From NCBI GenBank assembly GCA_964445745.1, contig CAYULU010000001.1, positions 35,873 through 99,872 on the forward strand: 64,000 nt of DNA. The letters run 5' to 3'. The notes below the pieces were generated by a model. The model searched no databases. It was not told the DNA's origin and saw nothing but the letters and a program-made list of their open reading frames with translations. Shown in pieces: positions 56,688-64,000 of the stretch (the stretch's first letter is position 1; every line of letters starts with the position of its first letter). The stretch comes from an uncultured bacterium (lineage in GTDB: Bacteria; Omnitrophota; Omnitrophia; Omnitrophales; Aquincolibacteriaceae). The translations under genes and the position numbers were made by a program.

Positions 56688-58100
56688 ATGAGTACTTCAG
56701 ATTATGGAGCTAGGTTTCTCCCGAAAGAATCGATCATCGGCGTTCTGGCTGATTTTCAGCCCGGGAAAAAGGTTCGAATAGCGGGTCGTGTGATGTCCCG
56801 TCGGGATATGGGAAAGAGCACTTTTTCAGACGTCAAAGATGAAGGGGGGCGGATTCAGACCTATGCCAAAAAAGACATGTTGGGAGAGGAAAATTACAAG
56901 GCGTTCAAGGGGTTGAATCTTGGCGACATCATCGGTATCGAAGGTGAGCTTTTTCTTTCTCGAACGGGAGAAAAGACGGTCAAAATCGAAAAATACGAAC
57001 GGCTGTCAAAGATCGTTCAAACGCTCCCTGAAAAATGGCACGGTCTGAAGGATATCGAAATTCGCTATCGGCGGCGGTATGTCGATCTGATCGTCAATGA
57101 TGATGTGCGTGCAACCTTCAAAAAGAGAAGCCGGATTGTGAGCGAGATCCGCAAGTTTCTGGACGGTCGCGGATTTATGGAGGTGGAAACACCGATGATG
57201 CAGCCGCTTGCGGGGGGCGCTCGGGCAAAACCTTTCGTCACGCACCATCACGCACTGCACACGGACCTGTACCTTCGTGTAGCACCGGAACTTTACCTGA
57301 AACGTCTTCTGGTGGGTGGATTTGAAAAGGTCTACGAGATTAATCGTAACTTCAGGAATGAGGGGGTTTCGGTCCGGCACAATCCCGAATTTACCATGAT
57401 GGAGCTCTACCAGGCCTACGCGGATTATTCGGACATGATGAACATCACAGAAGAACTTGTTTCTCACCTTGTGAAAATGCTTTACGGGACGGAGGAAATT
57501 CCTTACGGTGACCGGACGCTGAATTTTAAGACACCGTGGAAACGCATTTCTTTTTACGGTGCCCTTCAGGATGCGACCGGTATGGATTTTCGTACCGTCA
57601 ATGTGCGGGAAGCCGCCAAGAAACTGCATGTCGAATTTTCCGACACAATGGAAGATATTGACATTCTCAACGAGATCTTCGGGGAGAAAGTCGAGAAGGA
57701 ACTTTGGGACCCGACCTTTGTGATCGATTATCCGACGGTGATGACTCCGCTTGCAAAAGCCAAATCTGACGACCCGAATCTTGTTTACCGTTTTGAATTA
57801 TTTATCGCACGCATGGAGGTGGCAAACGCCTTTTCTGAACTCAATGACCCGGCCATCCAGAGGCAACGGCTGGAAGATCAGCAAGAGTTGATCGGCGAAG
57901 AAAAAGAAATCGATGATGACTTCCTGATGGCCCTGGAGTATGCGATGCCCCCGGCGGGGGGACTTGGAATCGGGATTGACCGGCTTGTGATGCTTCTCAC
58001 GAATCAGCTTTCGATCCGCGATGTCATCCTGTTCCCGCAGTTGAAGCCCCTGAAGAAGTCTGAAGAAGGGCTGACCGCGACGGAGAATGAGCCGGTATGA
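56688..58100 (+). CDS. lysS: Lysine--tRNA ligase (class II).
   Basis: OB-fold N-domain. Class II motifs FRNEGVSVRHNPEFTMMELY and GGLGIGIDRLVMLLT. Strong promoter and SD upstream. Confidence 0.9.
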   Translation: MSTSDYGARFLPKESIIGVLADFQPGKKVRIAGRVMSRRDMGKSTFSDVKDEGGRIQTYAKKDMLGEENYKAFKGLNLGDIIGIEGELFLSRTGEKTVKIEKYERLSKIVQTLPEKWHGLKDIEIRYRRRYVDLIVNDDVRATFKKRSRIVSEIRKFLDGRGFMEVETPMMQPLAGGARAKPFVTHHHALHTDLYLRVAPELYLKRLLVGGFEKVYEINRNFRNEGVSVRHNPEFTMMELYQAYADYSDMMNITEELVSHLVKMLYGTEEIPYGDRTLNFKTPWKRISFYGALQDATGMDFRTVNVREAAKKLHVEFSDTMEDIDILNEIFGEKVEKELWDPTFVIDYPTVMTPLAKAKSDDPNLVYRFELFIARMEVANAFSELNDPAIQRQRLEDQQELIGEEKEIDDDFLMALEYAMPPAGGLGIGIDRLVMLLTNQLSIRDVILFPQLKPLKKSEEGLTATENEPV

Positions 58101-59404
58101 AGTTCGAACTTTTTATTGCTCATCGACATCTGACCCGGCGGCGCAAAAGTGGATTTATTTCCCTTATTTCCCTCATTTCGATTGGCGGCGTGGCGATCGG
58201 TGTGATGGCGTTGATTGTGGTGCTTTCAGTCATGACCGGGTTTGATACGGAGCTGAAGCGCAAGATCGTCAGCGTCCAGCCGCACCTGCGGATTGAAAAG
58301 TATCAATCGTGGGAAAACTCGGAAGAGGATATGCGGAAAATCCGGTCTCTCAATATCTCCAGTTTGAAGAACGTTGCCCGGTTTATTGAAAAACAAGCCA
58401 TTCTCCGGACGGATGATAGCGCACAGGGTGTGGTGGTGATGGGGGTGGATACTGAAAATGAGGACATGGCTTTTTATCAGAAAAATATTGTGTCCGGAAC
58501 GCTGGGCTTTCAGGAATCAGTTTATACGGAAAGCAAACGCACCTGGTGGTTCAAGAAAAAAACGCAGAAGTCGAATGTGCCTAGCGTGGTCATTGGCGAT
58601 ATTCTCGCAGGGCGATTGCGCGCCCAGGTGGGGGATCTGATTTATCTGATTACGCCGGAGCCCGAAAAGAAAAATCCTTTTTTACCTCTCCCGATGCACG
58701 TCAAGACCTGGCCTGTGATTGTTCGTGGAATCTTTCATGTCGGTATGTCGGATGCGGACGCCAATCTTGCCCTGATCAGTCTCGAAGCGGCCCAGGAGTT
58801 TTACCACATGGAGGGGAAAATTACAGGGCTGGGTCTGCGTTTTTTCAATGTGGATGATGCGGAAAAATGGAAATGGCCTTTGGCCGGTGAATTTTCCAAT
58901 CAGTACGTGCTGGCCTCGTGGTATGACATGAATCAAAGTTTTTTTCAGGCGTTAAAAGTTGAAAAATTTTTATTGGGAATTCTGTTGCTTCTGATCGTCG
59001 TGGTGGCGGCATTTAACATTGTCTCTACGCTCATCATGGTGGCGATGGAAAAAACGAAAGATATAGGAATTCTTCGAGCGCTGGGTGCGACAAAGTCGGC
59101 GGTTCGGAGAATTTTTATGATCGAAGGCATGAGCTACGGATTTTGGGGCATGATTCTTGGCGTGGGGTTTGGCGTGTGGTTTTCTCTTAAGATTAATGAC
59201 CTTGCCGATTTTCTTAAAAGCACTTTTGGTCTGGAAGTTTTCCCGCGCGACATTTATATCTTTGACAAGATTCCAGCGGAAGTTCACATGAGTGATGTGG
59301 TGACGATTGCGGGGATTGCCTTTGTGCTTGCGGTGATTGCCGCCCTTTACCCTGCGCACCGGGCTGCAAGCCTTAAGCCCGTGGAGGCGCTCCGCTATGA
59401 GTAG
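58097..59404 (+). CDS. lolE: Lipoprotein-releasing system permease LolC/LolE (FtsX-like, MacB-type periplasmic domain).
   Basis: N-terminal TM, large periplasmic domain, C-terminal FtsX 3-TM bundle (ILLLLIVVVAAFNIVSTLIMVAMEKTKDIGILRALGA). ATGA overlap with lysS stop. Confidence 0.8.
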   Translation: MKFELFIAHRHLTRRRKSGFISLISLISIGGVAIGVMALIVVLSVMTGFDTELKRKIVSVQPHLRIEKYQSWENSEEDMRKIRSLNISSLKNVARFIEKQAILRTDDSAQGVVVMGVDTENEDMAFYQKNIVSGTLGFQESVYTESKRTWWFKKKTQKSNVPSVVIGDILAGRLRAQVGDLIYLITPEPEKKNPFLPLPMHVKTWPVIVRGIFHVGMSDADANLALISLEAAQEFYHMEGKITGLGLRFFNVDDAEKWKWPLAGEFSNQYVLASWYDMNQSFFQALKVEKFLLGILLLLIVVVAAFNIVSTLIMVAMEKTKDIGILRALGATKSAVRRIFMIEGMSYGFWGMILGVGFGVWFSLKINDLADFLKSTFGLEVFPRDIYIFDKIPAEVHMSDVVTIAGIAFVLAVIAALYPAHRAASLKPVEALRYE

Positions 59405-60086
59405 CGCAGAGACCGCAATTCTCAGCACGGTGGATCTTCGGAAGGATTACGAAATGCCGACCGGGACGCTTGAAATTCTTCGCGGGGTCAACCTCGGAGT
59501 TAGCCGTGGAGAAATGCTTTTTATCACGGGAAAGTCCGGCTCCGGGAAATCGACCCTTTTGCATCTTCTCGGAGGACTTGATCGTCCCTCAGGCGGCCGG
59601 ATCCTTTATCAGGGGCGTGATCTTGCCAAGGCGTCGGAACGCGAACTGGCAAAGATCCGCAGCCGTAATATCGGCTATGTGTTTCAGTTCTATCATTTGC
59701 TTCCGGAATTGACGGTTTATGAAAATGTTTTGCTCCCGACACTGATCGCCGGGAAAAAGAACAAGGATTGGGTCAAGGAAGTCCTGAAGCGGGTCAAGCT
59801 CTGGAACCGGAGGACACATTTTCCGTCAGAACTCTCCGGTGGCGAGAAACAGCGGGTTGCGATTGCACGTGCCCTTGCGAACCGGCCGGATGTTGTGCTT
59901 TGCGACGAACCGACCGGAAATCTTGATGAAGAAACAGCGGGCTCTATCATGACGCTACTTCTTGAGCTCCATCGAAACGAAGGCCACACTTTTATGATTG
60001 TGACGCATGACGAAGAAATGGCTCGAATGGGGACGCGCGTGCTCAAACTTCACGAGGGGCAGTTGGTTCCTCCGAAGGCCCTTTAA
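59397..60086 (+). CDS. lolD: Lipoprotein-releasing system ATP-binding protein LolD (ABC ATPase).
   Basis: Walker A GKSGSGKSTLLHLLGG, signature LSGGEKQRVAIARAL, Walker B VVLCDEPTGNLD. ATG at 59397 overlaps the lolE stop (ATGAGTAG). Track ORF from 59337 is judged too long. Confidence 0.85.
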   Translation: MSSAETAILSTVDLRKDYEMPTGTLEILRGVNLGVSRGEMLFITGKSGSGKSTLLHLLGGLDRPSGGRILYQGRDLAKASERELAKIRSRNIGYVFQFYHLLPELTVYENVLLPTLIAGKKNKDWVKEVLKRVKLWNRRTHFPSELSGGEKQRVAIARALANRPDVVLCDEPTGNLDEETAGSIMTLLLELHRNEGHTFMIVTHDEEMARMGTRVLKLHEGQLVPPKAL

Positions 60087-60122
60087 AAAATAAATCATTT
60101 TTACTTTACGAGAGGAGATGTT

Positions 60123-61028
60123 ATGGAGCTTCAGATTTATATCGATGGGAAATGGTATCCTAAAAGCGAGGCCAAGATTTCTGTTTTTGATCATGGTCTT
60201 CTCTATGGGGATGGGGTGTTTGAAGGGATCCGGTCTTATCAAGGGCGCGTTTTCAAACTTGATGAGCATTTGAACCGTCTTTGGGAATCTGCCCACACGA
60301 TTATGCTTGAAATCCCGATGTCCCAGAAGGAAATGGAAAAAGCGGTGATTGAGACTTTGAAACGGAACAAAATTTTAAATGGGTACATTCGTCTTGTAGT
60401 GACCCGGGGGGTGGGCGATCTTGGGTTGTCACCCTGGCTTTGCAAAAGGCCCACTGTGTTCATCATTACGGACAATATCGCTTTGTATCCGAAGGAGCTC
60501 TACCAGAAAGGTCTCGCGATTATTACGGTTCCGACCGTCCGGAATCTTCCCGAGGCTGTGAACCCTTCGATTAAAAGCCTGAATTATCTCAACAATATTA
60601 TGGCCAAGATTGAAGCGAAGAACGGCGGGTGCATGGAAGCTCTGATGCTCAATCATCAGGGGTATGTTGCGGAATGTTCTGGGGACAATGTTTTCATGAT
60701 CAAACGGACCGGTAGAGCAAACACAGTCAAGGATTACCTCCTGCTGACGCCGCCGGCTTATCTGGGTGCGCTCAAGGGAATTACGCGTGACGCGATCATC
60801 GAAGTTGCGCAAAAGATCAGGCTTCCGTTTGCCGAACGTCCGCTGACCCGGCACGACCTTTTCAATGCCGATGAAGTTTTTTTGACGGGGACGGCGGCTG
60901 AGGTCATTCCGGTCGTCAAAATTGACGGGCGCCTGATCGGAGAAGGGAATCCCGGAAAAATCACAAAAACACTTCTCCGGAACTTTCACGAACTGACCCG
61001 TACAGACGGGGTGCGATACACCTTGTAA
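60123..61028 (+). CDS. ilvE: Branched-chain-amino-acid aminotransferase (class IV PLP aminotransferase).
   Basis: ISVFDHGLLYGDGVFEGIRSY...KLDEHLNRLWESA is a fold-type IV signature. 301 aa. SD GAGAGGAG. Confidence 0.78.
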   Translation: MELQIYIDGKWYPKSEAKISVFDHGLLYGDGVFEGIRSYQGRVFKLDEHLNRLWESAHTIMLEIPMSQKEMEKAVIETLKRNKILNGYIRLVVTRGVGDLGLSPWLCKRPTVFIITDNIALYPKELYQKGLAIITVPTVRNLPEAVNPSIKSLNYLNNIMAKIEAKNGGCMEALMLNHQGYVAECSGDNVFMIKRTGRANTVKDYLLLTPPAYLGALKGITRDAIIEVAQKIRLPFAERPLTRHDLFNADEVFLTGTAAEVIPVVKIDGRLIGEGNPGKITKTLLRNFHELTRTDGVRYTL

Positions 61029-61133
61029 TGCAGGAGTTTAAGATCCGGACCCTGGATATCTGGTGTTTTGATGGCCCGAGTTTTTTGATTTAAAAAGAGT
61101 GAAAAATAACCCTGAAGAAGCGAGATTGCCCCG

Positions 61134-61661
61134 ATGATTTGTAATGTATGCGGTACGAAAGAAGCGACCATCCATCTCACCGAAATTGTTAATGGTCAGA
61201 TGGCGGAAATTCACATTTGTGAACAGTGCGCGGAAGAGAAGGGGACCGATTTTAAAACCTACTTCAATTTCAGCGATTTATTGACGGGGTTCGCGGGGAT
61301 GGGGGGAATCGCCAAAAGCGGTGGTAAAAAAATGCCGCCGATTGCCTGCAAATCTTGCGGACTGACTTTTGAGGACTTTCCCAAACAAGGCCGGCTTGGT
61401 TGCGCTCACTGTTATAGTGCGTTCAAAAAGCCACTGGAGGTTGTCATTAAACAGGTGCAGAGGTCGGGATATCATGTGGGGAAAAAACCTTCCAGAATAC
61501 CGAAGGCAGTCCGAAGCACTCATGACCTTCGTCAACTGCAGGAGCGTCTCCGGAAAAGCGTCCAGGAAGAAGCTTTTGAGGAAGCGGCTCGTCTGCGGGA
61601 TGAGATCAAGCGGATCGAAGACAAGATGAAAAAGATTTCAAGGAAGCCAAAAAATGACTGA
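61134..61661 (+). CDS. mcsA: McsA-like protein (two CxxC zinc-finger pairs plus C-terminal UvrB/UvrC motif), activator of protein arginine kinase.
   Basis: CNVCGTKEATIHLTEIVNGQMAEIHICEQC and CKSCGLTFEDF...CAHCY zinc fingers. EEAFEEAARLRDEIKRIE UVR motif. 8-bp overlap with mcsB. Confidence 0.75.
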   Translation: MICNVCGTKEATIHLTEIVNGQMAEIHICEQCAEEKGTDFKTYFNFSDLLTGFAGMGGIAKSGGKKMPPIACKSCGLTFEDFPKQGRLGCAHCYSAFKKPLEVVIKQVQRSGYHVGKKPSRIPKAVRSTHDLRQLQERLRKSVQEEAFEEAARLRDEIKRIEDKMKKISRKPKND

Positions 61662-62718
61662 TGCGAATCGCTCCCCAACGCTGTCGGTGAACTGGCTTAA
61701 GGCGACGGGCCCCGAAAGTGATGTTGTGGTAAGTTCGCGGATTCGCTTGGCCCGAAATCTTTTCAAGTACCCGTTTGTGTTTAAACTTTCTCCGGAGCAA
61801 AGGGTTGCGATTATTTCGGATGTGGAAAAAGCTGTGCGTGGTTCAAGCTTACTTAAAAAGGCCCGTTTAAGCCAGACGAAGCATTTAAGTGAAATTGAAA
61901 AACAATTCCTTCTGGAGCGACATCTTGTTTCGAATGAATTGGTCCAAGAGGATTCTCCCAGTGCTGTGGCGATTACTCCGGATGAAATGGTCAGCCTGAT
62001 GGTGATGGAAGAAGATCATTTGCGCCTTCAGGTTTTTCAGTCGGGACTGAATCTTGGCGAAGCCTGGAAGATTGCGGATGATATTGATACGGAGCTTGAG
62101 CGGGAACTTGAGTATGCCTTTGATGCGACACTGGGGTATCTGACGGCCTGCCCGACGAATGTCGGAACGGGGCTCCGTGCGTCCTGTATGCTTCATCTTC
62201 CAAGCCTGGTCTTGACCAAACAGGCCGACAAAGTGCTTCAGGCTCTTTCCAAGCTGAACCTTGCCGTGCGTGGTCTTTACGGTGAGGGGACGCAGGCCCT
62301 TGGCAATTTTTTTCAATTTTCGAACCAGATCACGCTCGGACAGCCCGAAACGGAAATTATTTCGAATCTGGAGGGAGTGATCAAGCAGGTCATTGCTCAT
62401 GAGCGTGAGGCCCGGGATTACCTGAAGAAAAAACGGAAGTCAAAAATGGAAGACCAAGTGTGGCGGGCTCTTGGGATTCTGAAATCTGCGCGATTGATTT
62501 CATCTCAGGAATCCGTCCAGCTACTCTCTCTTGTCCAGGCGGGGATCGACATCGGCGTTCTGGAAGGGCCGGTCATTCCCAGGGATTTGAATCAGCTTTT
62601 TCTCTGGATTCAGCCGGGACATCTCCAGAAAATGAATGGCGGCGAGCTTAGCTCGGCCGAACGTGATGAGCGGCGCGCCGAGCGCATTCGCGCCTATTTT
62701 GCAAAAGTAACGCTGTAA
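61654..62718 (+). CDS. mcsB: Protein arginine kinase McsB (ATP:guanido phosphotransferase family).
   Basis: Phosphagen-kinase signature CPTNVGTGLRASCMLHLP. 354 aa. Directly follows mcsA. Confidence 0.82.
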   Translation: MTDANRSPTLSVNWLKATGPESDVVVSSRIRLARNLFKYPFVFKLSPEQRVAIISDVEKAVRGSSLLKKARLSQTKHLSEIEKQFLLERHLVSNELVQEDSPSAVAITPDEMVSLMVMEEDHLRLQVFQSGLNLGEAWKIADDIDTELERELEYAFDATLGYLTACPTNVGTGLRASCMLHLPSLVLTKQADKVLQALSKLNLAVRGLYGEGTQALGNFFQFSNQITLGQPETEIISNLEGVIKQVIAHEREARDYLKKKRKSKMEDQVWRALGILKSARLISSQESVQLLSLVQAGIDIGVLEGPVIPRDLNQLFLWIQPGHLQKMNGGELSSAERDERRAERIRAYFAKVTL

Positions 62719-62740
62719 AAGTAAAAGGAGGAACTGGGTC

Positions 62741-64000
62741 ATGAAAAAAATCCTGATTTTTTCGATCGGTTTAATACTTTCAGTGCCCGCGGCAGGATTG
62801 GCGGAGACGGTTAGTACGAAGTCCAAAATCAGCGAAGTGACTGTTTATGCGACGGATGCGTTTGTGACGCGGGTCGCATCCTTAGAAGTTAAACCGGGCG
62901 ACACCCAGATTCTCCTGGAGGACATTGTTGCAGAATTTGATCCAGATTCGCTTCGCGTAAAAGGGGCTGGGACCGCTGTCGTAAAAATTCTCGGAGCGCA
63001 GGTCAAAAAAGAGTTTTTGCAGGAAACCCCGGTCGAGAAAGTTCGCGAACTGGAAAACAAGATTCAGGAACTTGAAGACCAAAATCGTGCACGACAGAAC
63101 GAAAAACAAATCCTGGCGGAGGAGAAGGCGTATCTTGATTCGGTTCGTTTGTTTGCAGGCCAGCAGATCCCTGAAGATCTTGTAACGAAAATGCCGTCTC
63201 CCCAAGACCTGGAAGGCACCCTCAGTTTTCTTGGAGCGAAATTGAAAGAAAATTTTAGCCGTGTTCATGCGATTGATCTTGAGATCCGGGAGAACGGCAA
63301 AAAGTTGGTAGCCTTACGACGTGAATTAAGTGAAATTTCAGGAGGGCGTCAGAAGATGCGCCGGATCGTAGCAGTTGATGTGGAAGTGTCCCGTGCCGGT
63401 CATCTAGATCTTGAGGTTTCCTATAAGGTGGGTGGAGCCTCGTGGTCGCCTGTCTATGATGCGCGCGCGCAGTTTGATAAATCGGAAACCGAGCTTGTAA
63501 CTTATGCAATCGTCAGTCAGGGTACCGGGGAAGTGTGGGAGGATGTGGATATGACGCTCTCGACAGCTCAGGTGAGCGTGGGCGGTACGATGCCTGAAGT
63601 CAACAGCTGGTTTGTCCATCCCTCCCAGCCGCGCTCGTCTCTAAGGGCTGGGTCCATGAAGTTGAAAGCCCAAAGTCTTGGGATGGCCGATATGGCGATG
63701 AAAGCGGAGGAATCTATGCCGTCAGCCAGTGTAGCCCTGGAAGCTGAGAACCTCTATGCGCAAGCCTCCCAAAAGGGAATATCCGTTGTTTACAAACTAA
63801 CCCGAAAAGTGACGGTTCGTCCGGATGGTTCCGATCAAAAGGTCCCGGTTGCCGCGCAAATTCTCTCTTCCTCCTTTGAGTATTCGGCGTATCCCAGAAT
63901 GGTACCACTCGCCTATCTCACGAGCCGGGTGACCAACGCAAAAGACCTTCAACTTTTGAGCGGGCCGGTGAATATTTTTCTTGACGGAGATTTTGTGGGA
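62741..64000 (+). CDS. Secreted DUF4140/DUF4139-family protein (mucoidy-inhibitor MuiA-like), 3' truncated by the window end.
   Basis: ATG at 62741 with AAAGGAGG SD. Signal peptide MKKILIFSIGLILSVPAAGLA. Coiled-coil middle. VSYKVGGASWSPVYDARA...WEDVDMTLSTAQ is typical of DUF4139. Not in the ORF track because there is no stop before nt 64000. Confidence 0.75.
   Translation, partial: MKKILIFSIGLILSVPAAGLAETVSTKSKISEVTVYATDAFVTRVASLEVKPGDTQILLEDIVAEFDPDSLRVKGAGTAVVKILGAQVKKEFLQETPVEKVRELENKIQELEDQNRARQNEKQILAEEKAYLDSVRLFAGQQIPEDLVTKMPSPQDLEGTLSFLGAKLKENFSRVHAIDLEIRENGKKLVALRRELSEISGGRQKMRRIVAVDVEVSRAGHLDLEVSYKVGGASWSPVYDARAQFDKSETELVTYAIVSQGTGEVWEDVDMTLSTAQVSVGGTMPEVNSWFVHPSQPRSSLRAGSMKLKAQSLGMADMAMKAEESMPSASVALEAENLYAQASQKGISVVYKLTRKVTVRPDGSDQKVPVAAQILSSSFEYSAYPRMVPLAYLTSRVTNAKDLQLLSGPVNIFLDGDFVG

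Noticed and set aside
59337-59396. Upstream extension of lolD overlapping lolE by 60 bp.
   Set aside because: The ATG at 59397 overlaps the lolE stop (ATGAGTAG coupling) and yields an N-terminus typical for ABC ATPases.
61029-61133. CtsR operator upstream of mcsA.
   Set aside because: No A/GGTCAAANANA/GGTCAAA heptad direct repeat is present in the leader.
1-64000. CRISPR arrays, rRNA, tRNA, integrase or transposase genes.
   Set aside because: No regularly spaced short repeats and no recognisable recombinase or transposase motifs in any frame. The only intergenic gaps larger than 300 bp were inspected by eye.

Overview
This 64 kb window is almost entirely + strand coding. Three giant genes make up about 62% of it, and they are separated by ordinary housekeeping operons.

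**Giant genes**
- Giant gene 1 (57..19943) encodes at least 6,628 aa. Its reading frame is still open at the left edge of the window, so the gene may extend upstream.
- Giant gene 2 (20493..29633) encodes 3,046 aa.
- Giant gene 3 (43734 or 43671..54395) encodes about 3,550-3,574 aa.

**Housekeeping genes, in order**
- nadE, ogt, rsfS, argS, miaA, hflX
- a transaldolase/phosphoglucose-isomerase fusion
- a LysM-amidase lipoprotein
- two small ORFs, one carrying a KTSC domain
- an SNF-family Na+ symporter
- an ArsB/NhaD-type permease
- lysS, lolC/E, lolD, a class-IV aminotransferase, mcsA, mcsB
- a 3'-truncated DUF4139-like secreted protein.

I found no rRNA, tRNA, CRISPR array, transposase or integrase.

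**What the giant proteins look like.** All three are predicted membrane-anchored: each has an N-terminal signal anchor or internal TM clusters. They are mostly helical or of unknown function. Read by eye from memory of family signatures, they carry recognisable catalytic and binding modules:
- Protein 1: a UDP-sugar pyrophosphorylase (UDPGP/USP-like) domain near the C-terminus.
- Protein 2: HEAT-repeat arrays, a Pol-beta-type nucleotidyltransferase motif, a DUF218/YdcF-like domain, and a cupin-type PGI-like domain flanked by two 324-bp near-identical intragenic repeats.
- Protein 3: a peptidoglycan-binding domain, a processive GT2 glycosyltransferase with a QQRRW motif followed by TM helices, and a GHKL-ATPase-like domain.

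Proteins 2 and 3 share a paralogous ~500-aa N-terminal domain with TraB/GumN-like GxxH motifs.

**Shared motif.** A pentapeptide R-S-E-[VTSI]-R recurs at least 12 times across all three giant proteins, at apparent module boundaries, and 7 times in protein 2 alone. That is far more than chance predicts, and it is the strongest hint that these are one related, undescribed family or system. I interpret it as a membrane-anchored giant-protein machine tied to nucleotide-sugar and polysaccharide metabolism.

**Smaller signals**
- a 54-bp direct repeat spanning the stop codon of giant gene 1
- a triple GC-hairpin cluster downstream of that repeat
- a phased 3x10-bp A-tract repeat upstream of giant gene 3
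- a self-contained small transcription unit at 40463..40767 with promoter, SD-bearing 57-codon ORF and intrinsic terminator
- mcsA-mcsB without ctsR or clpC.

Giant genes plus diderm-type Lol genes suggest an uncultivated lineage such as Omnitrophota. That is inference only. All domain calls are by-eye motif recognition with no database search.
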